A stretch of DNA of 15,798 nt from Nitrospirota bacterium (lineage in GTDB: Bacteria > Nitrospirota > Thermodesulfovibrionia > Thermodesulfovibrionales > Dissulfurispiraceae), in assembly GCA_040758355.1 (NCBI GenBank), contig JBFLWF010000043.1, forward strand, positions 1 to 15,798, given 5' to 3'. A model generated the notes under the pieces. The model was given only the letters and a program-made list of their open reading frames with translations, was not told the DNA's origin and ran no database searches. Below, one piece after another: positions 6,927-15,022 of the stretch. Positions within the stretch are counted from its first letter, which is position 1; every line of letters begins with the position of its first letter. Both the position numbers and the translations under genes were made by a program.

Positions 6927-7853
6927 TTATGCCTCTTCTATTAATGTCACAAATACATCTTCAAGCGATGGGGGAATCTTTTCAATCCCTGCTACCCTGA
7001 TATTTGACGATTCCAGTATTCTTTTAACTCTCGGTATACCACTCCTCGCATCCGCTACAACCGCATGCAGGAGGTTTCCAAAAATCGCTGCTTCTATTCC
7101 CTCCTTCTGCAGTATCTCCATCGCCTCCACAAACCTGTCAACTTCTATCTCTAAAACATTCTGCTTCATGTGTTCCCTTCTCAATTCATTGGGTGTGCCT
7201 TCGGCAATGATTTTCCCTCTGTATATGAGCGCAAGTCTGTCGCAGTAATCAGCCTCGTCCATATAATGTGTCGTAACAAATATAGTAGTGCCTGCCTTTG
7301 ACATGTCGTATATGAGGTTCCAGAAGTTGCGCCTCGAAATAGGGTCAACCCCTGATGTGGGCTCATCAAGGAATATTATGGGAGGTTCATGTAAAACAGC
7401 ACACCCGAGGGCAAGCCTCTGCTTGAAACCGCCTGGAAGCGTCCTCGTTATAGCATCCTTTCTATCTTTAAGCCCTGCCATTTCTAAAACCCACTCCATC
7501 CTCTCTTTTTTCCTGCTGTTTAAAACTCCGTAAATACCGCTGAAGAAGCCTATATTTTCCTCAACCGTGAGATCATCGTAAAGTGAGAATTTCTGTGACA
7601 TGTAACCTATGGTCTTTTTTATCTCTTCGGACTCCTTCATGATGTCATATCCTGCCACAAAGCCATTTCCGCTTGTGGGCAGCAGGAGGCCACATAGCAT
7701 CTTTATTGTTGTCGATTTTCCTGCGCCGTTCGGGCCGAGGAACCCGAAGACCTCTCCGCGCTTAACAGCTAAACTAATGCCGTCAACAGCCACAAAGTCC
7801 CCGAACTTCTTTGTCAAGCCCTCAATCTTTACTGCTATGTCTTCGCTTCTCAT
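6927..7853 (-). CDS. ABC transporter ATP-binding protein (YbhF/DrrA-like, second ATPase)
   Basis: GPNGAGKST, GYMSQKFSLY, variant LPGG signature, FLDEPTSGVDP, TTH switch. Confidence 0.95.
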   Translation of the reverse strand: MRSEDIAVKIEGLTKKFGDFVAVDGISLAVKRGEVFGFLGPNGAGKSTTIKMLCGLLLPTSGNGFVAGYDIMKESEEIKKTIGYMSQKFSLYDDLTVEENIGFFSGIYGVLNSRKKERMEWVLEMAGLKDRKDAITRTLPGGFKQRLALGCAVLHEPPIIFLDEPTSGVDPISRRNFWNLIYDMSKAGTTIFVTTHYMDEADYCDRLALIYRGKIIAEGTPNELRREHMKQNVLEIEVDRFVEAMEILQKEGIEAAIFGNLLHAVVADARSGIPRVKRILESSNIRVAGIEKIPPSLEDVFVTLIEEA

Positions 7854-7862
7854 CTCTTGGCC

Positions 7863-7889
7863 CGTAAGGGGGACTTTGTCCCCCTTACG
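7863..7889. repeat. Perfect 12-bp intergenic hairpin between the two ATPase genes
   Basis: CGTAAGGGGGAC-TTT-GTCCCCCTTACG. Confidence 0.85.
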
Positions 7890-7925
7890 AAAACCCCCTT
7901 TTTTAAATTTAATGAATCGATATTA

Positions 7926-8873
7926 TTAGTTTTTTGCACCTTCTTTTGACTCAAGAAAAGCTATTTTTGAAATAAATATGTCTTCAACAGAAGGGAGAAT
8001 CCTTCTGTAGTCCCTAACATCTATCTCCTCATCCCTTAATCTATCTATGACCTCTGTGGCAAGCCCCATTTCCGCAATAGCAATATGCAATCTGTCACCG
8101 TAAACACTCACGCTTTTGACAATATCGATGCCTTTAACAATTTCAGCAGCCCTCCTTGGGGCATCTGTTAAGAGCTCTATCACAGGCAGTCCAAATGAGT
8201 TTTTAATCCCCACAGGATTGTCCTCCATAAGTATTTTGCCTTTATGGATAAGTCCAATCCTTGTGCACCGCTCTGCCTCATCAAGATATGCAGTGGAGAC
8301 AAAAATAGTCACACCCTCTCTCAAAAGGTCATAGAGTATCCTCCAGAAATCCCTCCTCGAAACAGGGTCAACACCGTTTGTCGGCTCATCGAGGAAAAGG
8401 ACTTCAGGCGTATGTATTAATGCACATGCAAGCCCTAACTTCTGCTTCATGCCACCCGAAAGCCTTCCTGCAAGCCTTCCTTTAAAGGGCGTAAGATTGC
8501 TAAAACCGAGCAGCCTGTCGATCCTTGCAGGACGTTCTTTCATCGGCACTTCATAAAGGTCTGCATAGAACATTATATTTTCAAAAACCGTAAGGTCTTC
8601 GTAGAGTCCGAACCTCTGTGACATATAGCCGATCTTCTCCTTAATCCTCTCACCCTCATTTAAAATAGAATGGCCTGCAACCCATGCCTCGCCTGAAGTA
8701 GGTTCCATTATCGCTGTAAGAAGCCTCATGATTGTCGTCTTACCTGCACCGTCAGGACCAACAAGCCCGAATAATTCGCCTTTTTTAATTTCGAGATCGA
8801 GATTATCAACAGCAATGTTGTCGTCAAATACCTTTGTAAGGTCAGATGTATTTATTGCAACAGCTTCATTCAT
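7926..8873 (-). CDS. ABC transporter ATP-binding protein (YbhF/DrrA-like, first ATPase)
   Basis: GPDGAGKTT, GYMSQRFGLY, LSGGMKQK, FLDEPTNGVDP. The switch region reads STAY instead of xTH. ATGA overlap with the HlyD gene. Confidence 0.95.
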   Translation of the reverse strand: MNEAVAINTSDLTKVFDDNIAVDNLDLEIKKGELFGLVGPDGAGKTTIMRLLTAIMEPTSGEAWVAGHSILNEGERIKEKIGYMSQRFGLYEDLTVFENIMFYADLYEVPMKERPARIDRLLGFSNLTPFKGRLAGRLSGGMKQKLGLACALIHTPEVLFLDEPTNGVDPVSRRDFWRILYDLLREGVTIFVSTAYLDEAERCTRIGLIHKGKILMEDNPVGIKNSFGLPVIELLTDAPRRAAEIVKGIDIVKSVSVYGDRLHIAIAEMGLATEVIDRLRDEEIDVRDYRRILPSVEDIFISKIAFLESKEGAKN

Positions 8874-9853
8874 CTCAACATTATCCTCACATCAGCAGGC
8901 ATGCCAGGTTTTAACTCATCGTTTATATTCTTCACACTCACCTTCACACCAAAAACGAGCTTCACCCTCTCCTCCTGCGTCTGGACATTCTTCGGCGTAA
9001 ACTCAGCCTCTGACGATATATATGTCACAGCGCCTTCATATTTTTTCCCGGGATAGGAATCAGTTGTAATCTCCGCCTTTTGTCCGAGTTTCACAAGTCC
9101 GAGTCTGTCTTCCTTCACATAAACCTTTATCCATGGATTTTCGAGGTCTCCTATGGTATAAACAGGAATACCTGGTGCAACAGTCTCTCCAAGTTCAATG
9201 TTCTTTCTCATTATTACACCCGATACAGGCGCATAGAGTATCGTGTCTTTCAATCTCTCTTCAGATGCCTTCAGTGCTGCCTCTGCCTGTCTCACACGAT
9301 TCTCTGCAGCCCTTATCTCTTCCTTCCTCGGCCCTTCTTTTACAAGGCTCAATGCCTCAAGCGCCTTTTTATGCTGTGATGTAGCAGTATCATAGACCTT
9401 CTTTGCCGTATCCATCTGCTGGGCTGATATTGCGCCGTTTTTATAAAGGACCTCCGCCCTCTCATGATCTTTTTTAGCCTTAATCAGCTCTGCCTCGGCA
9501 TATTTAACATTCGCAGTTGCCTGCTCAATCTCCTGAGGCCTTGAGCCTGCCTTTAGTTCCTGAAGCCGTGTTATAGTCTCATTCAGATATGCCCTGTGCT
9601 GCGCCACCTGACTTTCAACCTCTGCGCTGTCAAGAATTGCAAGTTTATCCCCTTTTTTAACCTTTTGACCTTCCTCTACCAGAAGCTCCACTACCCTTCC
9701 CGATGTCTTGAATCCCATATTCACTTCCGTCACCTCCACATTCCCGGAAACAGTGAGCACCCCTTGCTCCTGCTTGCCGCCGAACCGACTTATCAGGAAA
9801 ACTGCCACGCCTATTAAAACAATAATTCCTGCGATTAATAGTTTCTTTTTCAT
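8870..9853 (-). CDS. HlyD-family efflux periplasmic adaptor (YbhG-like)
   Basis: N-terminal TM, SGRV..L.VEEG..VKKG lipoyl half, long coiled coil, APVSG, AEFTPKNVQT and LKPGMPAD motifs. Confidence 0.93.
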   Translation of the reverse strand: MKKKLLIAGIIVLIGVAVFLISRFGGKQEQGVLTVSGNVEVTEVNMGFKTSGRVVELLVEEGQKVKKGDKLAILDSAEVESQVAQHRAYLNETITRLQELKAGSRPQEIEQATANVKYAEAELIKAKKDHERAEVLYKNGAISAQQMDTAKKVYDTATSQHKKALEALSLVKEGPRKEEIRAAENRVRQAEAALKASEERLKDTILYAPVSGVIMRKNIELGETVAPGIPVYTIGDLENPWIKVYVKEDRLGLVKLGQKAEITTDSYPGKKYEGAVTYISSEAEFTPKNVQTQEERVKLVFGVKVSVKNINDELKPGMPADVRIMLR

Positions 9854-11172
9854 TTAGATGCCTCCTCGTATATATCTTCGCCAATAGCCCTTCTCAAAGA
9901 TGCTATGGCTATGTTTTTATCGTATATTGCCTGCAAATAGTCTGTCTCAGCCCTTAAAAGCATAGTCTGTGAATCAATCACATCCGTGCTTGTACCCGAA
10001 CCAGTCTCATATCTCAGAACCTCTATCCTCAGATTTTCTTTTGCAGTCTCGACAGCCTTTTGCAAAACCCCTATCCTCTCACCGGCATTTTCTATGTTCA
10101 GATATGAATCCTTTATCTCACGGATTATATCGAGCCTCAAAGACCTCTCTTCTTCCCTTACTTTCTCCATCTCCTTTTTCTCTTTACTGATTTCCGACCT
10201 TATAAGCCCTCCATCAAAAATAGGTACAGAAAGCCTCAATGCAAGGTTCCAGTTTTCTTTGAACTCAAAACTATCTCCTGACCTTTCAGAATATTCGCTG
10301 CTCAGATAAACGATTGGAAGCCTTTTGCCCTGTGCGAAATTGACCTTTTCCTCAACAACCTTCTTTTTCTTTGAAACAGCATTGTAATCGGGTCTCAGAG
10401 AGAATGCCCTGTTAGTGGCTTCTTCAAGGGCAGGATATTTGTCTGCCGGCGAATTTTCATGGACAAGGGATATTTTTCTGTTAATGTCCTCTATTCCCAT
10501 AAGCGTCTTTAAAAGCTCATATGAACTCTCGATGCTGTTCCTTACAACAATGGCATTCTGTTTTGCATGGGCAAGTTCTACCTCTGTCTTTAATAACTCG
10601 ACCTTTGGTACAGTGCCTGCCTTAAGGAAAAGCTCCACATTCTTTTTATGTGCCTCGAGCTGTTTTACCGATGCCTCGTTTGCATCGAGGAGCTTCTCGA
10701 GCTGATATATCTTGTAATAGACATTTGTGAGGTTATAGATGAGGTCCTGTTTGCTCATACGGAACATGTCTTCTGCGATGGATTTTTTGATCTCTGCAAT
10801 TGTTACTCCGGCATCAAGCCTTCCTCCTCTGTATAAGGGCAGTATAAAAGAAACTCCAAAATCGTATATATTGCTGTCGAACTCAGGGAAACCGGAGCCC
10901 TTAAGGGGCGAGCCTGAAATGGGAGTTATCGGTGAGGCATAACGGTACCTTGTTGCCCCGCTGTTGAAATCCAGACGCGGCATTTTGTTTGCCTTTGCCT
11001 CGCTGATCCCATAAGTTCCAATTTCAACATCCTTGCTTGACTGTATAATCCTGGGATTATTCTTGACGGCAAATTCGATAGCGTCTGAAAGGGTATAGGA
11101 TGTTTTATTCATCTCTGCATACGCTGTGCTTGACACAAATAACAGTGATATAAAAATCAACAGCTTCTTCAT
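9850..11172 (-). CDS. TolC-family outer membrane efflux protein
   Basis: Signal peptide MKKLL...AYA-E. Two OEP repeats (PLYRGG and PIFDGG; LFLKAG and RYETGSG). Start set at ATG 11172, with AGGAGG upstream, rather than 11196. Confidence 0.92.
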   Translation of the reverse strand: MKKLLIFISLLFVSSTAYAEMNKTSYTLSDAIEFAVKNNPRIIQSSKDVEIGTYGISEAKANKMPRLDFNSGATRYRYASPITPISGSPLKGSGFPEFDSNIYDFGVSFILPLYRGGRLDAGVTIAEIKKSIAEDMFRMSKQDLIYNLTNVYYKIYQLEKLLDANEASVKQLEAHKKNVELFLKAGTVPKVELLKTEVELAHAKQNAIVVRNSIESSYELLKTLMGIEDINRKISLVHENSPADKYPALEEATNRAFSLRPDYNAVSKKKKVVEEKVNFAQGKRLPIVYLSSEYSERSGDSFEFKENWNLALRLSVPIFDGGLIRSEISKEKKEMEKVREEERSLRLDIIREIKDSYLNIENAGERIGVLQKAVETAKENLRIEVLRYETGSGTSTDVIDSQTMLLRAETDYLQAIYDKNIAIASLRRAIGEDIYEEASK

Positions 11173-11186
11173 TGCAACCTCCTGAA

Positions 11187-11205
11187 AAGTGAACATTCAC
11201 TTACT
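11187..11205. promoter_or_regulatory. Palindromic putative TetR operator between tetR and tolC
   Basis: AAGTGAA-CA-TTCACTT at 11187-11202. The minus strand GTAAGTGAATGTTCACTT resembles the site at 11848-11867. Confidence 0.65.
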
Positions 11206-11219
11206 TAATAACTAAAAAA

Positions 11220-11834
11220 TTATTTGACTGACAGGCACTTCTCGAAATTTCTCCAAAGCTTCATTCCTTCATCCACAAGCGAGAATGAAAAACCGCTCAA
11301 TGACCACTTCATTGTCAATATCTGTATCATTCCCATAAACATCAGGGCGGCTGAAGAGTGTTCCATATCCTTTCTTATCAGACCGGCCTTCTGGCCTTCC
11401 TTTATAAGCGATTCTAATTTGGCAGAATATAAACCGATTGTGTTTAAAAGCTTTTCTTTTAGATTCTCTTTACCTATGTGCATCTCCTCCGAGAATATAA
11501 GCCGCGGAATCCCTTCATTCCTATCGATGTAGTCGAGGTGAAGCATAAATAGTCTCTTGAGCCGTGCGAGGGCAGAGGCATCGGTCATTACCGAAACAGC
11601 ATCGAGATTACGCAAAAGTCCTTCCCCGATCTTTTCCACGGTACCCTGAAGTATTTCATCCTTACTATTAAAATGCCTGTAGAGATTTGCCTCGGAAATA
11701 CCTACCTCTTCGGCTATTGCCGCCGTAGTAAGAGACTTGACCCCGCGTTTGGCGATAATCCTCAGTGCAGCCTCCACTATCTGGTCCCTCCTTATATCCC
11801 CGCTAAGCCTCGAACCGTTTTTAATCATTTCCAT
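11220..11834 (-). CDS. TetR/AcrR-family transcriptional regulator
   Basis: HTH region IVEAALRIIAKRG...LTTAAIAEEVGISEANLYRHFNSKDEI. Start is probably ATG 11834 (or 11828) after GAGGTGGAG. The GTG at 11867 abuts the -10 box and so lies upstream of the likely transcription start. Confidence 0.93.
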   Translation of the reverse strand: MEMIKNGSRLSGDIRRDQIVEAALRIIAKRGVKSLTTAAIAEEVGISEANLYRHFNSKDEILQGTVEKIGEGLLRNLDAVSVMTDASALARLKRLFMLHLDYIDRNEGIPRLIFSEEMHIGKENLKEKLLNTIGLYSAKLESLIKEGQKAGLIRKDMEHSSAALMFMGMIQILTMKWSLSGFSFSLVDEGMKLWRNFEKCLSVK

Positions 11835-11847
11835 TCTCCACCTCTTT

Positions 11848-11867
11848 GTAAGTGAGTATTTACTCAC
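11848..11867. promoter_or_regulatory. Palindromic putative TetR autoregulatory operator over the transcription start
   Basis: GTGAGTA-TT-TACTCAC at 11852-11867, within GTAAGTGAGTATTTACTCAC and directly adjacent to the -10 box. Confidence 0.75.
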
Positions 11868-11896
11868 ATTATAAGAAAATGAAAATCTCCTGTCAA
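11868..11896 (-). promoter_or_regulatory. Consensus sigma70 promoter of the tetR-efflux operon
   Basis: Minus strand TTGACA (11896-11891), 17-bp spacer, TATAAT (11873-11868). Confidence 0.88.
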
Positions 11897-11908
11897 GTAT
11901 TTTTTTAG

Positions 11909-13525
11909 TTATTCCTTTTTCTTCCAGTACGGATTGGAGAGGTCTTCAAAGGCTGTGATTGCTGCGACGGCTCCATGCCCAACAGCAGTGGCTATCTGCT
12001 TAATACCGCCGGTCACATCACCTGCGGCATATACCATGTGCATGGATGTCCTCTGCCTTGAATCAACCTTGATATATCCTTCGGAATCGAGCTTAAGGTC
12101 GAGCATCTTTGCGATCTCATTATTAGGCACATATCCTATGGCAACGAATACTCCTTCAACTTCCAAAACCTTGATGGAATTATCTTTGAGATTCTGGAGT
12201 CTGACACCGCCAACATGGTCTTTGCCTGTTATCTCCTTTACCACTGTATTCCAATAAACAGGGATTTTATTATCCGATAAGCTCTTTTGCAGGAATGCCT
12301 CTGCCCTTAATTTATCCCCCCTGTGAACCAGTGATACATCTGCCCCTATGCTGTGAAGGTAAAGGGCATCGGTAACTGCTGTATTTCCGCCGCCAACAAC
12401 GATGACCTTTTTGCCGTCCTTAAAGAAATATCCATCGCATGTGGCGCAGTAACTCACCCCTTTTCCGTAAAGGCTTTTTTCTCCGGAGACATCGAGTTTT
12501 TTATGCTCTGCGCCTGTAGCGATAATTATGCCTCTTGCATTGTACGTCCTTCTGTTTGTCTTGAGCTCAAAGATATCCTCAACTCTTCTTATATCAACAA
12601 CGCCCTCACCTTCTGATATGTGTGAATACTGTAATGCCTGCTGGTACATTATATCCACGAGGGTCTTTCCTGCTATCTGGCTGAATCCGGGATAATTCTC
12701 AACGATTGGTGTAACAAGCACCTGTCCTCCAACAGTAGCCTTCTCAAGAATCACAGATTTCAGTCCGCTCCTTCCGGCATATATTCCTGCCGTGAGTCCT
12801 GACGGCCCTCCGCCGATGATTGCTAAATCAACATTAACAGTCTCCCCTGCTACAGGAGCAAATGCCTTTTCAATTGATGAAAGATTATGTATCTCCTCTA
12901 CAAATATCTCTGGAGGTTTTACTCCGGTGCCGATGGGAATATCGTTTATAACAGTGAATGGAACAGTGACGATATGATATTTGTCTATATAATCCCTGTT
13001 TTCATACATCTCTATTATCTCTGCTGTTATTAAATCAGGTTTCGCAATGGCAGCAGAGATTGCAGTCAGAGCCTGCTGCGGGCAATAAGGACAAGTCGGC
13101 GATACAAATATCTGAATATGCCTTGGCTCCTTCAATTCAAAAAGCCTCTTCAATGCCGCATCTGAAAGTATAGTTCCGTTTGTGGAGGCAAGCATTATGG
13201 CCATTATTAATGTGCGTGCCTCTTCGCCGAGCGGCGCACCTACATAGCTGACCCTATATTTATCCGGATTGATAAGGATGGTTGGGAACCTTGTTATTCC
13301 CTTCTTCTTCGTGGTTTCGTCGCCTGACTTATAAATTTTTACATCAATTTTATCCGTGAGTTTAGAGATTCCCTTTAAAAGCTCTGACGTGAATGCACTG
13401 TACTGGTCATCCTTGTCGTCTTTTACGAATACCTCCAGCAAAACCTTCTCTTTAAGCTCCTTGAAAGTATCCCTAAGAACCTTTTTTGTTTCTTCAGGAA
13501 GTATCTCGCCGAATTGTTTATCCAT
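11909..13525 (-). CDS. trxB: Thioredoxin reductase with fused N-terminal double thioredoxin-fold (PDO/AhpF-NTD-like) domain
   Basis: N-domain FVSPTCPYCP. C-domain GGGPSG, GKGVSYCATCDG, GGGNTA, HRGDKLRA, YAAGDVTG. Start ATG 13525 has AGGAG at 7 nt; the ATG at 13531 is too close to the SD. Confidence 0.9.
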   Translation of the reverse strand: MDKQFGEILPEETKKVLRDTFKELKEKVLLEVFVKDDKDDQYSAFTSELLKGISKLTDKIDVKIYKSGDETTKKKGITRFPTILINPDKYRVSYVGAPLGEEARTLIMAIMLASTNGTILSDAALKRLFELKEPRHIQIFVSPTCPYCPQQALTAISAAIAKPDLITAEIIEMYENRDYIDKYHIVTVPFTVINDIPIGTGVKPPEIFVEEIHNLSSIEKAFAPVAGETVNVDLAIIGGGPSGLTAGIYAGRSGLKSVILEKATVGGQVLVTPIVENYPGFSQIAGKTLVDIMYQQALQYSHISEGEGVVDIRRVEDIFELKTNRRTYNARGIIIATGAEHKKLDVSGEKSLYGKGVSYCATCDGYFFKDGKKVIVVGGGNTAVTDALYLHSIGADVSLVHRGDKLRAEAFLQKSLSDNKIPVYWNTVVKEITGKDHVGGVRLQNLKDNSIKVLEVEGVFVAIGYVPNNEIAKMLDLKLDSEGYIKVDSRQRTSMHMVYAAGDVTGGIKQIATAVGHGAVAAITAFEDLSNPYWKKKE

Positions 13526-13553
13526 AACCATTCTCCTGCACGAATAATTTTAT

Positions 13554-13599
13554 GTGCCTTAAAAATTATATCAAAAATAAAGGCACTTTATAGTATAAT
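13554..13599. promoter_or_regulatory. Divergent promoter region between the trxB-like gene and the deacetylase
   Basis: Minus-strand extended -10 TGATATAAT (13573-13565), plus-strand TATAAT (13594-13599), and inverted repeat GTGCCTT-N19-AAGGCAC (13554-13586). Confidence 0.6.
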
Positions 13600-13606
13600 C
13601 CTGACT

Positions 13607-14521
13607 ATGCAAGGGGTCGGATTTATATATGATGGTATTTTTCTGAAACACGAAACTCCGCAATGGCATCCTGAAACAAGCGAGAGACTGGTCTCTATTT
13701 TAAACCACCTTAAAAATTCTGGACTCTGGGAAAAACTCATTCATATAAAACCGCGAAAGGCAGATTATGAAAATATTGCCCTTGCACACAAAAAAAGTTA
13801 TATCGATAAGATTAAAAACTTCGGGGTAGGTTATCTTGATGGCGACACATTCATGTCAGAAAACAGCCTTGAAGCCGCTCTCTATGCAGCAGGCGCTGTA
13901 ATAGAGGCAATTGAAAGATGCAAATTAAGCGAGATAAGCAGGGCATTCTGTGCTGTGCGTCCTCCTGGACATCATGCGGAGGCGGACAGGGCAATGGGCT
14001 TCTGCATATTCAATAATATCGCGGTCGGAGCGAGATACGCCCAGAAAATCGGATATGAAAAAGTATTTATCATAGATTTCGATGTGCATCACGGAAACGG
14101 CACGCAGCATATATTCGAAAAGGACGATACAGTTTTTTATTTCAGCACGCATCAGTATCCTCACTATCCCGGAACCGGCAGGGAATCGGAAAGGGGTATA
14201 GGAAAAGGCGAAGGATTTACTTACAATGTCACTATGCGAGCAGGCTCAGGAGACAAAGACTATCTGCATGTCTATCACGACATACTCCCCGGACTTGTAA
14301 AAAATTTCGATCCCGGCATTATCCTCGTATCCGCGGGCTATGACATTCGGACCGAAGATCCCCTGTCTTCCATCAGAATTTCAAACGAAGGCATTCGCGG
14401 CATCGTGCAAAATATCCTGTCGAGCGCCGATAAACCCGTTATCTTCACGCTCGAAGGAGGATACGACCTCGATGCCCTCGCAGAATCTGTTAAGATTACG
14501 ATTGAGGAAATGATGAAATAG
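13607..14521 (+). CDS. Zn-dependent histone deacetylase-family (HDAC/AcuC/APAH-like) amidohydrolase
   Basis: HPE..ERL, RPPGHHA, GFCIFNN, DFDVHHGNGTQ, SAGYD...DPL, LEGGY. Start at ATG 13607 (304 aa); the 13514 extension crosses the promoter region and the divergent gene start. Confidence 0.95.
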   Translation: MQGVGFIYDGIFLKHETPQWHPETSERLVSILNHLKNSGLWEKLIHIKPRKADYENIALAHKKSYIDKIKNFGVGYLDGDTFMSENSLEAALYAAGAVIEAIERCKLSEISRAFCAVRPPGHHAEADRAMGFCIFNNIAVGARYAQKIGYEKVFIIDFDVHHGNGTQHIFEKDDTVFYFSTHQYPHYPGTGRESERGIGKGEGFTYNVTMRAGSGDKDYLHVYHDILPGLVKNFDPGIILVSAGYDIRTEDPLSSIRISNEGIRGIVQNILSSADKPVIFTLEGGYDLDALAESVKITIEEMMK

Positions 14522-14564
14522 TCATATTCTTTCTATGCATCTGTGGCAAGTCGTAACCAGTAAG

Positions 14565-14770
14565 TTACGCTTTAATCGGCTCAAAAACGTGTTCGACCTT
14601 ATATTTTGCGACCCTTCTCTTTTTTGCATGTTCTTTTTCTTTAACAGGTATGTCCTTATCTATAAAGTCAAGCTCAGCACCGTCGGGTATTGTGTCTGCA
14701 ATCTCAGGATGGTCGATCAAGTGTCTTGCAAAATCCCGATATTTCTTTCAACATGTTCTTTTTTAGTCAT
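14565..14770 (-). pseudogene. Frameshifted small gene, tentatively DUF5647-like, third gene of the TA-like locus
   Basis: ATG 14770 gives MTKKEHVERNIG and then an early stop. The -1 frame from about 14735 reads DFARHLIDHPEIADTIPDGAELDFIDKDIPVKEKEHAKKRRVAKYKVEHVFEPIKA* with TAA at 14567-14565. Starts 9 nt after the upstream stop. The family name is from recall only. Confidence 0.6.
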
Positions 14771-14779
14771 TTTCTTAGG

Positions 14780-15022
14780 CTATGTCGTCATTGTTGTAAC
14801 TTCAACCAGATGATGCTTCTTGCGGGCATCATCCACAATTCCTTCCAACCTTTCAGAGACAGCATCTTCAATCCAGTCCGCCCCGCACTGCGAGCATACT
14901 GTTGCAGGTACATCTCTTACTACGACCACTCCAAACCCTAAGTCAACAGTAAAGGTAGTCCTACCTTCCTTTTTTGTGCCGCCGCAAAGGGGACATTTAT
15001 CAGGCAAGTTCTTAACTGTCAT
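14780..15022 (-). CDS. YgiT-type zinc finger protein (MqsA-like antitoxin N-domain)
   Basis: CPLCGG...VVVRDVPATVCSQCG. AAGGAGG SD and ATGA overlap with the upstream gene. No HTH domain. Confidence 0.88.
   Translation of the reverse strand: MTVKNLPDKCPLCGGTKKEGRTTFTVDLGFGVVVVRDVPATVCSQCGADWIEDAVSERLEGIVDDARKKHHLVEVTTMTT

Noticed and set aside
11835..11867. Longer starts given for TetR (11867), and likewise TolC (11196) and the LolD-like ATPase (1972)
   Set aside because: They fall in operator or promoter DNA or inside the upstream gene; the downstream ATGs have an SD or an ATGA overlap.
11909..13525. Annotating the reductase as ahpF
   Set aside because: CATC and HR-type motifs are TrxB-like, and no ahpC is adjacent.
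242..13547. Numerous short plus-strand ORFs (e.g. 1275-1586, 2201-2650, 3241-3630, 6913-7248, 9986-10309, 11934-12257) and nested minus-strand ORFs (5877-6068, 7181-7369, 9657-9884)
   Set aside because: Antisense or alternate-frame shadows of well-supported genes, with no recognisable motifs.
13514..13606. N-terminal extension of the deacetylase in the ORF track
   Set aside because: Overlaps the divergent gene start and both -10 boxes; family similarity begins at Met 13607.
14552..14569. Hairpin CGTAAC-N6-GTTACG as a terminator between convergent genes
   Set aside because: Only a 6-bp stem with a weak U-tract; insufficient support.
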